Shown: positions 1 through 12,813 of the stretch, piece after piece | Layout: the number at the start of each line of letters is the position of its first letter | Position numbering within the stretch: position 1 is the stretch's first letter | NCBI RefSeq assembly: GCF_009914755.1 | Contig: NC_060946.1 | Direction: 5' to 3' (one strand) | Source: the human T2T-CHM13v2.0 reference genome, Homo sapiens | Length of the DNA: 64,000 nucleotides | Made by a program: the position numbers and the translations under genes | Notes under the pieces: generated by a model | Told to the model about the DNA's origin: nothing | Seen by the model: only the letters and a program-made list of their open reading frames with translations | Database searches by the model: none

Positions 1-954
1 TTGCCACAGAATCCCATCTTGAAGGGGATGTGATGGAGTCACTTGGTTGGTCCCGTGTTTGACCCTGCACTGTGATGCTTTCCACTGTATTTCACCCATT
101 GATGATCTCCCACTTCCTGTGTGGTCATTTTTTTTTTTTTTTTTTTTTCCTGAGAAGTGTCTAACAGAGCACTGGGTAGCACATTGCTCCCTTATTTCAG
201 TCCTGGGGCCATTGCTACAGGGTTTTCACATAAACAAGCACCCACTGGAGAGACATCCAAGGGCCGGCTCAACCTGGCTGGATGAGAACATGAGGCACTT
301 CCTGCAGGCCACAGCAGCTGCCCTTGCCAGAGACTAGTGCCTGCAGACTCATCCCCTCTCACTGGCCCCTGAGGTCAGGCAAGAAGAGACTTTGGCTTCC
401 CTGCTATCAATCCAGGACCACAGAGAGGAGGGATCAGAGACCTGGGCTGCTCAGAGCAGCTCTGTGGGCTTGCACATGCAGGCTTCTCTCTAGCTTCCAG
501 CCCAGAGTTCTGGAATCAGGGGTCATGAATTTGGCTGGCAGCTGACCAGTATTGGAAAGTAGTGCCTCTTAAAAGGTGACCCTCTTTTCCTTCCTTCCTA
601 GCTAGCTGTTTCCTTCCTTCAGGCTGTGAGAGGGTGGCTGGAGGTGCTTGCTGCAAATGCAGACTCCCAGTCAGTGGCTCTTAAGTGGGGCTCAGGAATT
701 TGCCCTTCTACAAGTACTCCACATCTGTCTTAAAGAGCACAGAGGAGATGGTGGGAAGTCCTCTTGTACCCCAGGGGTACACACCCTCTCCTGTGCAGTG
801 GAACTGGGTGCTAAATACATGCCCTCTTCAGTGCCGTAGGGCTGGGTGCTGAGTGTTAGTAAATGTCCTCTCCAGTGCTGTGGAGCAGGGTGCTAGGTGA
901 ATCTGCATTAGATGCTGCAGGGGGAAAGCAGAAAAAAGTACCCTGGTTGACATG

Positions 955-1125
955 GGGTGACCTGAGTTTAAGTCCTGCTCTATGCCTTGCTTGGTGGGCG
1001 CTTTTGAGAAACCCCTAGGCCTTTCTACACTTCGGTGTCACCAGCTGTGAAATGGTGAGGGCATTTCTGTGTCTTGGTTGTTAAGAGGAGTATAAACTTG
1101 CAAATAGGTCGGCAGAGCTTTGTAC
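955..1125 (+). mobile_element. MIR SINE fragment
   Basis: Degenerate match to the MIR core (gacctgagtttaagtcctgctct...ctgtgaaatgg). Confidence 0.55.
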
Positions 1126-1192
1126 AGGAAAAAGTCTGATCCCTGGGCAGGTTCAGGCGTAAGGCCAGCCCAGTCTCATGATCTTCTTACAG

Positions 1193-1453
1193 ATGGAGGG
1201 CCGGCGCGACAGCATGCTAGAGACAGCCAAGCACTGTTTCACATCAGCAGCCCGCTGCGAGGGTGATGGTGACGAGGAGGAGTGGCTCATCCACTACATG
1301 CTGGGCAAGGTGGCTGAGAAGCAGCAGCAGCCACCCACCGTTTACTTGCTGCACTACAGGCAGGCTGGCCACTACCTGCACGAGGAGGCTGCCCGCTACC
1401 CCAAGAAGATCCACTACCACAACCCACCTGAGCTGGCCATGGAGGCCCTGGAG
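1193..1453 (+). CDS. CABIN1: CABIN1 internal coding exon (261 nt, phase 0-0): [16 protein letters not shown]...[12 protein letters not shown]
   Basis: Acceptor tcttcttacAG (1191-92), donor GAG|GTGACA (1454). The 87 codons are recognised as CABIN1 TPR-like region sequence and join the next exon in frame. Confidence 0.96.
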
Positions 1454-2295
1454 GTGACACCATGCTGGCCCAGGGCGGGGAAGCAGGGCAGGGGCAGGCT
1501 GGTTTCTTTATCTCCCTGGGCATGTGGCTCAAGGTTCCAGTGACCGTCCTTCAACCTGCCGCAAACTTATCTGTGTTGAGCAGCTTCATGTGCAATTGAA
1601 TTAAAACATCATTTCCTCTCTTTTCCCAAGGGGTGTTTATCATCCTTTCTGGGAGAGTGACCATTTTGTTCTTATCTCTCAGAAGAAAATTGTCTTTCCT
1701 CACTAACACAGGTTCTAAGAACCTGACCTTGGTGATGACAGTCAGTGCTACATAGCATCTCCCAGGCCCAGGACATTCACACCCTGTAGCCTGGCAGGAG
1801 GGAGGGCAGGCACCATTGCCTCCAGGGTGCAAATGAGACATCCAAAGCCCAGCCTGTGCCCAGGCTACCCAGGTTGGCAGGGGCTGAGCTAGGGTGAGCA
1901 GCCTGCTCTCTTGACCCCCAGTTTGGAGTCTTCTGATTGTTGTTCAAGAAAAGAGCAGTTCTTTACTCCCTGGATTTTCTCTCATGGTTTCCAGAGTGTT
2001 TCTGATGAATGCTGTCACTGTTGCTTATAGCAGTCTTGTGAGGCAGGCTGGGCAGCCACGATTGTCAATTTTGTAGGCAGGAAAACCAAGGACATTGGTA
2101 GAGATCCAGATGTCCACCATTTGGTTCAGCCCAGGACTTGAAGCTTCTGAAGGCCCTGTGCACGTTGGCTTTGCCCTTTCTGAGGCTATGTGCCCAGTCT
2201 CTACCAGTCTCACGTGCCCAGCAAGCCTCTTGGAGTGTGGACAGAATCTGCTGCTTGCTTTTTTCTGCCTTTGTGATTTTTTTTCCTGATTATAA

Positions 2296-2297
<2 letters not shown>

Positions 2298-2335
<38 letters not shown>
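2298..2335. repeat. (TG)n microsatellite, ~19 units
   Basis: Read directly. Confidence 0.97.
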
Positions 2336-2338
<3 letters not shown>

Positions 2339-2339
2339 A

Positions 2340-2878
2340 AAGAGATTCAAACAACTCAGAAGTGTACAGTGTGAATGTGAAGGCCCCTAGTGATTCCAGT
2401 ATGCCCCTCCATAATCCCTAAGAGTTTGCTATGTCCCTGTATGTCCGAATTTTTTCCTATTAACATATAAACATATAGTAACATTTTCTTATGATTTTGC
2501 AGCTTGTCTTTTCGCTGGACAAAATTTAATGGAAGGTGTGGTGAGCTTCCCTGCCTGCCCTAGTGCCCTGTAGTTTAGCAGGGCGTTTGTTTATCTGCAC
2601 GGACCCTTGATAGGTTTGGTTTCCTCTCCACTTCTTGCTATGACAAGGCACAGGCAGTGCATGTCTTTGTACTTGAAGCAGGGAGCACATCATGAGTATT
2701 TCCAAGGACTAGAGTCCAAAGGTGGAATTGCCAGGTTGTTTAGCATTCTGATCAACAATGGCTACTTGCCCCAAGGTCGTACTGACTGATGAGAGTGTTT
2801 GCTTTCCCTCAGCCATATTGATGAGGTTCTCTTTTTAATATTTGCTAATTTTGTGAGCAAACAAAAATGTCTCATTTT
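2340..2878 (-). mobile_element. Old L1M(E)-like fragment
   Basis: Degenerate L1 3'-region phrases in antisense (gtggaattgcc, tttttaatatttgctaatt). Confidence 0.5.
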
Positions 2879-3175
<297 letters not shown>

Positions 3176-3196
3176 TCATTTAAAAAAAAATGTTTG

Positions 3197-3501
3197 GGCC
3201 AGGCATGGTGGCTCACACCTATAATCCCACTGCTTTGGGAGGATTGCTTGAGTCCAGGAGTTTGAGATATAGAGCTGGGGATCTCAGAGACTAGCGGGCA
3301 ACATGATGAGACCCCCCCATCTCTACAAAAAATAAAAGATTAACAAGGCCTGGTGGCACGCACCTGTAGTCTCAGAAACTTGGGAGGCCGAGGTGGGAGG
3401 ATTGCTTGAGCCCAGGAGGTCGAGGCTGTAGTGAGCTGTGATCACACCACTGCACTCACAGCCTGGGAGACAGAGTGAGACCTTGTCTAAAAAAAAAAAA
3501 A
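3197..3501 (+). mobile_element. AluJ-like element
   Basis: Alu consensus with J-type ggattgcttgag in both arms; short non-Alu insert at ~3267-3290; poly-A tail. Confidence 0.92.
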
Positions 3502-4145
3502 TTAAATTTGCCTGTTTTGGGGCCATATTCACTGGGCTCATGGAGAAGTGTGGAAACACAGCTTCCTGTTGAACGCTATCTCAGGAGCAGCAGCTTGGCT
3601 GCGCTCATTCGCGGCGTTGGATCTCCGTCCTTCCCTGTCATAGTGCTCATACTGTCCACCTGGGGGCAGGTGCCTTGGAAGAACTCCACTTTGGGGGTGA
3701 GAAGGGTAAGGCCCAGAGGAGTGATGTGATGACTTGCCTTAAGTCACCTGCAGGAACAGAGAGGAGCTGGGCCAGATGCCCACTGAGCCCAGCATTCTCA
3801 TATGGCACCTCTGGGAAGCCACTGAACCTACGTGTGGCCCTCAGGAAGATGATGTCAACTCTGTTTTTCCTCCATGTTTTTTTCTTCAAGATTTGGCCTC
3901 TACTACTGCCTGATAGAGCAGATGAGCAGGCAGGATGGTAGCCCCAGGGGTACCAGCAGCTTCCATATGAGGAACCAAGGCCTTAGATGTGTGGCCTACC
4001 CTCTCCCAGCACACAGTGCTGGCTCCAAGGAGAGCAAGCACACATAGTTAATTTGGGGGGCAACCCATTCCATGCAACCATTGTAGCTATGTAACTTTGA
4101 GTCAGCTGGTAAATATGTATATCTTGTGTTAAAAATGACATTTCT

Positions 4146-4460
<315 letters not shown>

Positions 4461-5540
4461 AAAAATGACATTTCTCTGAAGATTTTTAACTCTGTCCTGA
4501 CAAAAATTCTCCTCTGCTATTGTGCCTTCATTCAAGAATCTTTACTCGCCACTTGGATGAACTTTACCAGTTGAATGCTTTGCCCTCCCCCAAGTTTGGC
4601 CACCTGATTGTGCATGGGTGCCTCGAGTGGTTTCCTACATCTAAAAATGGAGTTGCTGGGCCAATTTCTCTGGGCTCCATAGGTGGGCTAGAGGTGGAGG
4701 GGCTCTGGATGTGAGACCCCTCTGTCTGGGATGCCTCCTTGAGAGTGCTGCCAGCAGGTTCTCACCTGGGTGAGGGGGGCCACTTAGCCAGGGCCTGCAA
4801 TGGCAGTTCTCAGCCCTCATACCACCCACTGTGCCCTCCAAGTGGGAGCCTGCCTCACACCCACTCCTGCATGAGAAGATCAGGGCAGACCTGGTTTTAA
4901 CCTGGCCCTGGGCATTCCCGGCTGTGGGGCCTTGGGCAGCTCTTCACCCATTTTAAATTGAGGAATGTGGTAAGGACTTGAGGAAATGGAGGAAAGCACA
5001 GGGCCCAATGGATGCAATGAGCTGCCTGCCCACCCACCCCCCCACCACACCCACGGGGAAGACGTTTTCGAGGCCTGTGGGTGCCTGGCTTTGCCTGGGG
5101 GCTGGGCTATAAACAGAAATCCAACCTAGTCCTTGTTTCAGGGAGTCCAGAGTTCAGTGGGGAGACAGATGTAGAAACTCACTTTCTATGGGTGCCCACT
5201 GAAGGGCACAAAGAGAACAGCAGCACTGTGGCGGGAGGCAGTGCCCAGTGAACGGAGCTGAAGGGTTATCATAATGAGTGGTTATTACTCTCATCTCACT
5301 ACCATGTGCCTGAGTTACTGCGTGAACGTTTAAGCTGGAATGCTGACAGTATACATTTTAATTTTCACAGCTTGTTTTAAATTAGTTGTAGGATGGTTGG
5401 TTTAAAAGCTAACAAAAACAAGCAGTGTGTGGCAGCCTGTTGCCCTGGTCATGGGCCCATTTCCAGTGTGGCTGACTGGCCTGTGGAACAAATCTTAGCA
5501 ACTGGGAAGGCTGCTCACACTAGAGGTGTCGTTCTCCTAG

Positions 5541-5692
5541 GTGTACTTTCGGCTCCATGCTTCCATCCTGAAGCTCCTGGGGAAGCCCGATTCTGGGGTT
5601 GGTGCAGAGGTCCTGGTCAACTTTATGAAGGAGGCTGCAGAAGGACCCTTTGCCAGGGGCGAGGAGAAGAACACACCCAAAGCTTCAGAAAA
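5541..5692 (+). CDS. CABIN1: CABIN1 internal coding exon (152 nt, phase 0-2): [50 protein letters not shown](K)
   Basis: Acceptor gttctcctAG (5539-40), donor AA|GTGAGT (5693). Translated by hand because it is not in the ORF track in this frame. The frame continues from the upstream exon. Confidence 0.95.
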
Positions 5693-6303
5693 GTGAGTAG
5701 CACCCTTCAGGCGACCCCTAGCAGCTTACCCCATCTGCATCCCAGATGGCTCGTTTACTGCAATGTGTTGTTCAGAGGGTTGCTACACAGTAAACAGTAA
5801 ACTAGAACTCATGGAGTCCCTAGGACCCATCTGGAAACTCCCATTTGCTGGGCCAAGGTATTTCTGTTGAGTCTGAGAAGGAGAGGGTGAGTGTGAGTCC
5901 CCTTACCCTGTGGTCATGTGTGGTGCTACCCCACCCTAAGGGGAAGTCCTGGGGAGAAGCTGATGCCCTCCTGCCCTCTCCACTGGGGCACAGCTCTGTT
6001 CTGTGCAGAACACTGTAGAAAGTCAGTTTTTGCTTTGCAGACTCTCACCCCTGGGTCCTTTGCCAAGGCCTTGTCTGCTGCCCATTCTCCTGAGAAGCAG
6101 TGGGAAGTGTGGGAAGTGTGGGCTTCTCATGTGGTGCCAGAGAGCTCGGAGAGACTGGGGCTCAGGTGTGGTCCTCTCAGTGGGCCTGGACTGACCCCAG
6201 TCTCCCTGTGGTTGTAAGTCATCTCCACAGCCCAGACTTCTTTCACTCCAGGCCCAGGTCCTGGTGCCGCCCCATCCTCAGGGGCAAGTCCTAGGGAGAA
6301 AGA

Positions 6304-6433
6304 TGGGTTTGGGGTGACATGGGGAATGTTGCAGCTGCCCATTAACCTGATGGACTCATGCTGATTCTTGTGCTTCTGAGACATGCTCAGGGTCACCACC
6401 TGCCAGCTTGCCCACATGGGAGCCAGGGGAGGG
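6304..6433 (+). repeat. 130-bp direct duplication, copy A (copy B at 7907-8036)
   Basis: Gap-free hand alignment with ~13 mismatches (~90% identity). Confidence 0.93.
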
Positions 6434-6759
6434 CTCAGCTCACCCCATCTCTGAGTCCGCTGCCTAGCTGGGCACTGTGCGAAATTCAGCTGACCCCTGC
6501 CTGACTGGGCACTGTGCGGGGTTCAGCTGAGTGCCAGAGAGGCCTGCACCCAGGCCCTGTGCTTGAGGGCTGTCTGCTTCTGACCACAGATAGCCTGTGT
6601 GATGTTCACCACAGGTGAGCCAGCTCCACAGTCGGTGTGCCCCTCAGGTTATGGGGAGGTTCACGTCCATGCATGGCAGGCCACTCAGGTGGGCAGCCGC
6701 TGTGCTCAGAATTTATAGCTACCCATTTTTTTAGTCACAAAGGGCCCCCAACATACAAT

Positions 6760-7260
6760 GATACTTTCTTTCATTGGTTATAATTCTGTTAAATTTTTTT
6801 TAATTATACAAATAATACATGAATACTTTCTTGTTATAGAACATTCAGGTAGTATATAAACATGTAGACTAAAATGTGACAGATCTCCTTCCAAGAGTTA
6901 GCTACTATTCACAGTTTAATTTCCTAAATCATTTTCTGTATATTTATAACACTTAAATGCACACATACAATTGTAAGGTTTCATTTATTTTATAAAAATG
7001 AACTACAGAAGGTATTGTTTTAGAGTTTGCTTTTTCCCCTGACAGTGGGTCTGGGCAACAGTCCATGGAGATAGTACCCCAGTCACTTCATTCTTTCTAG
7101 TGGCTACTTACTATACCATAGTATGGATGTACCATGTTTTATGTAACCACTCCAATGGACATTTAGAGTGTTTCTAATGTTTCTGCTCAACTATGTTGCA
7201 GCACATATCCTTGTACATGTGTGAGCATGCAGTAAATGCAGATGTGTTTCTGTCTGCCCA
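6760..7260 (-). mobile_element. Old L1ME-like fragment
   Basis: AT-rich block with antisense L1 3'-end phrases (ttcattctttc...ccatagtatggatgtacca...tggacatttag). Confidence 0.65.
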
Positions 7261-7623
7261 TTTGTCAGGTCTTAAGTTTGTCAGGCTGTCACACAGAAGG
7301 CATAGACTTTGCATGGAGAGATGCAAGGGTGCTTCTGAAGAAAGACTCTTTGGCTCCTCTATAGAGCCTCTTGGGGCCTGAAATTCAGAGATGCAGGTCG
7401 CGCCCTGCCAGAAAGATTAGGCAGTGTCCAGTTAGGAGCCAGAGCCTGTGTGGGTGCTGTAGGGGCAACTATGGGCTCTGTGACACCAGGCAGATGGGGT
7501 GGGGGCCACCAGAGGTGCATGGGAGCAGTGGGCCCTGGGAAGGGCATTCACCCTTACCAGTACACATCTGTTTCAATGTGAGGTGGAGACTCTGACCTGT
7601 GCCCCAAACCTCTGTTCCCACAG

Positions 7624-7802
7624 GGAGAAGGCCTGCCTGGTGGACGAGGACTCCCACTCTTCAGCTGGGACACTGCCGGGCCCCGGAGCCTCCCTCCCCT
7701 CCTCCTCTGGCCCAGGTCTGACATCCCCACCTTACACAGCCACTCCGATTGACCACGATTACGTCAAATGTAAAAAACCCCACCAGCAGGCAACGCCGGA
7801 CG
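7624..7802 (+). CDS. CABIN1: CABIN1 internal coding exon (179 nt, phase 2-1): [15 protein letters not shown]...[10 protein letters not shown]
   Basis: Acceptor ctgttcccacAG (7622-23), weak donor ACG|GTACAG (7803). AA+G completes Lys from the previous exon. Matches part of ORF 7499..7948. Confidence 0.94.
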
Positions 7803-7892
7803 GTACAGTCCCTGTTCTCCCTACTGCCAGCCCAGGGCGGCACATCAATCACGGGGGGGTGCTCGGACGACTCATTTTGTCGCTTCGTTTTG
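7803..7892 (+). CDS. CABIN1: Candidate in-frame 90-nt alternative extension of the 7624 exon (+[30 protein letters not shown])
   Basis: Open frame up to a second phase-1 donor TTG|GTGAGG exactly 90 nt downstream. CpG-rich for intronic sequence. Confidence 0.55.
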
Positions 7893-7906
7893 GTGAGGGG
7901 GGGTGC

Positions 7907-8036
7907 TGGGTCTGGGGTGACACGGGCAATGTTGCGGCTGCTCATTAACCTCATGGATTCACAGTGATTCTTGTGCTTCCGAGACATGCTCAGGGTCGCC
8001 ACCTGCCAGCTTGCCCACCTGGGAGCCAGGGGAGGG
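7907..8036 (+). repeat. 130-bp direct duplication, copy B
   Basis: Partner of 6304-6433; retains 4 CpGs. Confidence 0.93.
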
Positions 8037-11000
8037 GGCAGGCCAGGCTATGGCATCTCACATCTTTGAGCCTTCTTTTTCTCGCCTGCAAAATGGGGAC
8101 ATGACATCTACTTTGAAAGGAAGTTAGAAGAGTGTGGCCTCCTGGAGGGGCTCCTGGTGCAGTCAGCTTAGTGATGCCTGCATTGTTCAGCAGCACATTG
8201 TTACTGCTCTGTCCTTCTGAAGGTTGAGGGAAGGCCGTGACTAGTTCTAAGTCTGTCACCCCTGAGAATCCAGATAAGTTGTTAATGGGGGTCACCTGGG
8301 ACCATATGTGTGGCCATGCCATGTGGGATGGGGCAGGTGGCGACTGTTCAACCACATTCCTTACTAACATTAGGAGGCTTGCATGCTGGCCTGTAGCTCG
8401 ATTTCTTCATGTTCTCTCATTTTTATAGTGATAAGCTAGTGACAAAGTACTTGCTGGGATAAGCCAAATTGGTGATTTAAGAGGACCACTAAAGTGGAGT
8501 CCTGGGAGGTAGTGACAATGCTGAAAGACACCTGGGCCCTCACTCCTATGTCACTCATCTCATCTGGGCTTGGGGAAACAGGCCTTGCTCTGCATTCCCC
8601 AAGGCATGGGGATGCTAGTAGGTGGGTAGAATTGGTCCCAGGGCTCTGCTTCCTGCCAGATAGTCTTTATAGAGTGGCTCCTTGGAGTAAGAATGGGCAC
8701 TCTAGGGCACCATGGTAGCCTTGAAGTTCAGTCCCAGTACAGGTCTGGGGGGGGCCACCACCTTCGCTCTAGTGCCCTGCTGAGGCCCTTGCCCAGTGCT
8801 CGGGTTCCTGGATATAGCATGGGCATCTGCCTCCAACTTTCTGAACTAAGTGGGTAGGGCTTGAGAGCAGGTTTAAAGAAGTGCTGGAGAAGGATGACAA
8901 GGGGGCCAATGCTCCATTTCTCTGGGGGCAGGATTTGCTATTCTCAAGAAAGGAAAGGAGACCTGCAGTGTCCCCTCCTGGGTTTGGTTTGGATCTACAG
9001 CATGCGTGTTGAGAGAGGCTGAGGATCTGAGTGTGTGCTGTGTCTCTTACCTCCTGGAAGGTTCATGTCATTACTCCCAGTCTCAGCACTGACACCTCGC
9101 TGCCCACCCCAGAGTGTTAAGCAGAGATGGGAAGAACTGACCCACCTGCTCCTCCAATCTTCAGTTCTGCAGACTTTCCCTGTTAAGATCCTCTCTCCCC
9201 TTCTTAGTTAAGTTAATCACCCTGTTCCCAAACTTTTACTCTTGAGAATATTGAGAAAACATACTAGCAGCAAACCCCTTCTCAGGGAATTAGTTTTTGC
9301 CAGCTGCTTCCTGGGAGGAAGCACTATGCCAAAGTTTTCAGGAGAGGAATGCCTTTCCTGGTTGTCCACATGCCATGTGGCCGTGCTCACATGCACCTGG
9401 GCTAGGGAACCCAAGCACTGTCCTCTGCAGCTCTGCAGGCTCCCACTGAGGTCACGCCACATGCGCCACTGTGCTTGGATGTCAGCCCATTAGGGTTGAG
9501 TATGCCTCTAGAAGCAGGAAAGGAGGGAGGCAGGAGCGCCTCAGAAAGGGGGCCATGATGCCAGCTGTCCCATGTTGGCACATATGTGTGCATGAAGCTG
9601 TTGGTGAGCCACTGCAGATCACTCAGGCATGACAACTGGGCATGACAGGTCCTGGGTGCCAACATGCTAGTTATTTGTTCTGGAAGTTTGCAGAGGGAGC
9701 CATACAAATAAGTTCAAATATGGTTTCAGTGGTTGCACAGTTTTGAACATTTGTTTAAAAAAAATGTCTTCAAAGTGATTCCTGTCAAAGACACAAAGCC
9801 ATCAGGATCCCATGGCCCATCTTTGCCCAGTCCCAGCCCTGCACTGGCCACCTGTGTGCTCTGCCCAGGCCTGGCTGCATAATGCTTTCAGAACTCAGCT
9901 GCCTCACCTCTGAGAGAAAGCAGTGTCTGCAACATGAAAATGTTTGGGGTCCTAAAATAGCTGTGATCTTAGAATGTTAAAGTGGCCCTTTCAGCAGCTA
10001 TACTAGTTCCTAGGGGAAGGCCCAGGTTCCAGGGAGAAGCAGCAGATTGCTGGTGTCAGGGGATGTGCTGGTGGCCTCAAGGGGCCACACTGCCCACCTC
10101 TGTTCCTGCTTCTCCTTCCTGGGAGGAGAACATGTAGTTCCTAGTTTCCACTCAGCTTCTTGGCCTGAGACCAGCCTTGGGTCTACTGTGAGAGGAGAGG
10201 GGCGTCAGCACTGATTGCAGGCCACCACTGAGCCCTTATACTACCAGGAGGGTGATGGGTGCTTCTAGCCCTGGTACAGCTGAGGAGAAGCAGTCACGGG
10301 GAGGTCAGATGGGGAGGTCAGACAGGGAGGCAAGTGCACAGCAGGCCCTGGTCAAAGGATCTGATTTCCAGTCCCAGCTCCATTGCATATGTGCTCTGCA
10401 ACCTTGGACAAAGGACTTCACTTCTCAATTTCCTCACCTGTTGAATGGGGTAATGTCTTCGTTATGGGTATTAAACAAAAGTGCTTGTACATTGCAGCCA
10501 CCTCCTGGATGGAGTTCTCCAAGTCATTGGTGGAACTAGGGTAAGACCTAGGTAGCACTGCATAGAGGGAAGAGCCTGGGCTCTGGGGCCAGTCCCCCTC
10601 AGTTTGCACCCCACCTCTCTCCAGCTAGTGGCATGGCCTCACAAGAGGTGGAGGTAGTGTCCTCTGAAGCAGCAGCTCCTGAGTGGGCTTGGGCATGGGG
10701 CTTTCTGGATCCTGGTTTCCTACCCCCACAGAACAATTAACTTTCCAGCAGTGGGAGAGGGAGCCAGGCGTCAGGACTTTCCTTGGGCATGGTTAGGAGA
10801 CCTTGCATTGGAGCTGCCTTCCCACATTGGTATGCCTTTGCTTCAAAACCAGAAATCAGCTAGGATCAATTCTGATTTGGTTTAAGATTTAGAAAAGATT
10901 TAGAAAAATAGCTCCAGGTACATGTGGGTTGTTTGACATTTGATAATAGCTGCTTCATAGGACCCAAATTTGTTCTCTGAACCACCCTCACCTGCAACCT

Positions 11001-11475
11001 TGTGTCACCTGCATTAGGGTGGGGAGCATCCTGCAGCCTGTGCATAACTCTGGTTAAAAGCCTTTGGAATCAGCCCCTCAGGTCACTCTGACTCTACCGC
11101 AGCCTGGTGTCAAAGCCAGCCCTTCACGGAACAGCCAGGAGGGCATCACAGCTGACCTCTGGCCAAGCTGAGAAAGAGAGCAAGAGAGAGAACAACAGAG
11201 AGAGAAGCTTTGTCCTCTGCTGTGCTGCTGGCAGCTCTGGCTGGTTGTGCTCCCCATCTGCCTAACTTCTGCCTTCCGTCAATCTCTTGGAATTTGCCCA
11301 CAGGGCTGAAATCCCTAATGTTGAAGCTTCCTGACCAGGAAAACGAGGTGACCCGAGGAGCACATTGTGACCTTCAGGGGGTTCCCAGTGATTACTCTTT
11401 ATACATATTCAAGCAACATAAGGAGATCTTTGAACAAGACCTCTACCCCTACCCTGTGTACAGTATGCGTGTATG

Positions 11476-11504
11476 TATGTGTGTGTGTGTGTGTGCCCGT
11501 GTGT
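11476..11504. repeat. Imperfect (TG)n microsatellite
   Basis: Read directly. Confidence 0.85.
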
Positions 11505-12646
11505 AATTACGCCCTACCACTCAATGCTGTGTGCTTGCTCTGTGCTGGGCTCTGGGCAGGTGCCTGCAGGGTAGTAGCATGTCTCCATCTTCATAACTGC
11601 CCTGCAGGCTCGGTCATGCCCTTGTTTCCCCAAGAGGAACCTGAGCTGAGGGCAGGTAGGCACTCATCCAAAACTGCCTGCTGTAGTCAGGGTATAGCCA
11701 AGAGATACTGGGTCTGAATCTCCCTCCACCCCTAGCCAGAGGTGAGACTGACACTAGGAAGGCCCTGTGGTTGGCCAGCCTGGCAGAGACTGAATCTGTG
11801 TGTGTTTCCCTTGTCCTTCAGCAGAGGGCCCAGAGAGCTTAGCCATTACAGAATGGCTTGGTTCGTCACTTGGCCTGGCTCAGCCCTGCTTTGGGATGTG
11901 TTGATAGTGCCTTTCTTGGACTAAAATCCTTGCTCTCTGCCTGTCGTGCTCCATGTCACTTCAGAATGCCAGAGCCAGAAAAGGCCTCAGAGCTCGGAGG
12001 CCTTGTGCTGTGGTAAGTCTGGGGCTGAGCCTCTCTATGGTCTTTGGCCAACCTGTAGCCATGCCCATCCAGGTGGTTCCATCAGTGCTGTGCCAGGTGC
12101 ATAGAACAGCACTGGTCCCTGCTGTAGAGGAGGTTGGTGCAAATCAGTCAGTTACATAGCTGAGGGTTGGGGGTCAACTGATGCCAGCACCAGAGAGGTG
12201 GGGTTTGTTCATCCCAGAGAAACCTGGGCCTGTTGGTGGGGTAAGAGGCCTTTCCGAGGAGGCAAAGTTTAGCCAAGATCCGAGGGGTGTGTCGGTGTTT
12301 CTCTTGAGGGGTTGGGGAGAGGGAGCAGCCAGGGTCAGAAGAGTGGGAGCCTTGGAGGCTGGTATCCACCAAGGGTGGTGATGCCTACCTAGTCCCACTG
12401 ACAGCATGCACAGAGCCGCTGAGGAGTCTCAGGCTACCTTGAGCCCCAGGTTGTAGGGTGTGGGCCTCACTGGAGAGCCCAGGGTGCCCTGTGCCAAACC
12501 CCCATTGTGGCCATCCATCCTCAACCTCCATGCTGTCACCGTCTGTGTCGTGTGCCGTCTGTGCTCATCTTCGCCTGTTCGCCCCATGCTGCCTCCACCA
12601 ATATTGCCCGTGCTGCCCCTAACCCTGACCACACTCTGTTCTCCAG

Positions 12647-12813
12647 GCTTTGTCTTTCTGCTTGCACCTGTCACGGCTCGCTTCAGGGAACAGCGCAGAC
12701 CCGCATGCTCAGCTCTCAGTCCGGCTCCCTGCTACCCCTGTGACCAGGAGCACCTTCATGTCTGCTCGCCCTGTGATTTGGAGAGTGTGTTTGATGCGCT
12801 TGGCTTCTGCTGA
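12647..12813 (+). CDS. Candidate alternative terminal coding exon: (G)FVFLLAPVTARFREQRRPACSALSPAPCYPCDQEHLHVCSPCDLESVFDALGFC*
   Basis: AG-free zone 12483-12644; branch-like CCTAAC/CCCTGAC at 12618-12629; acceptor ctgttctccAG (12645-46); AATAAA at 12942 and 14997. Confidence 0.45.
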
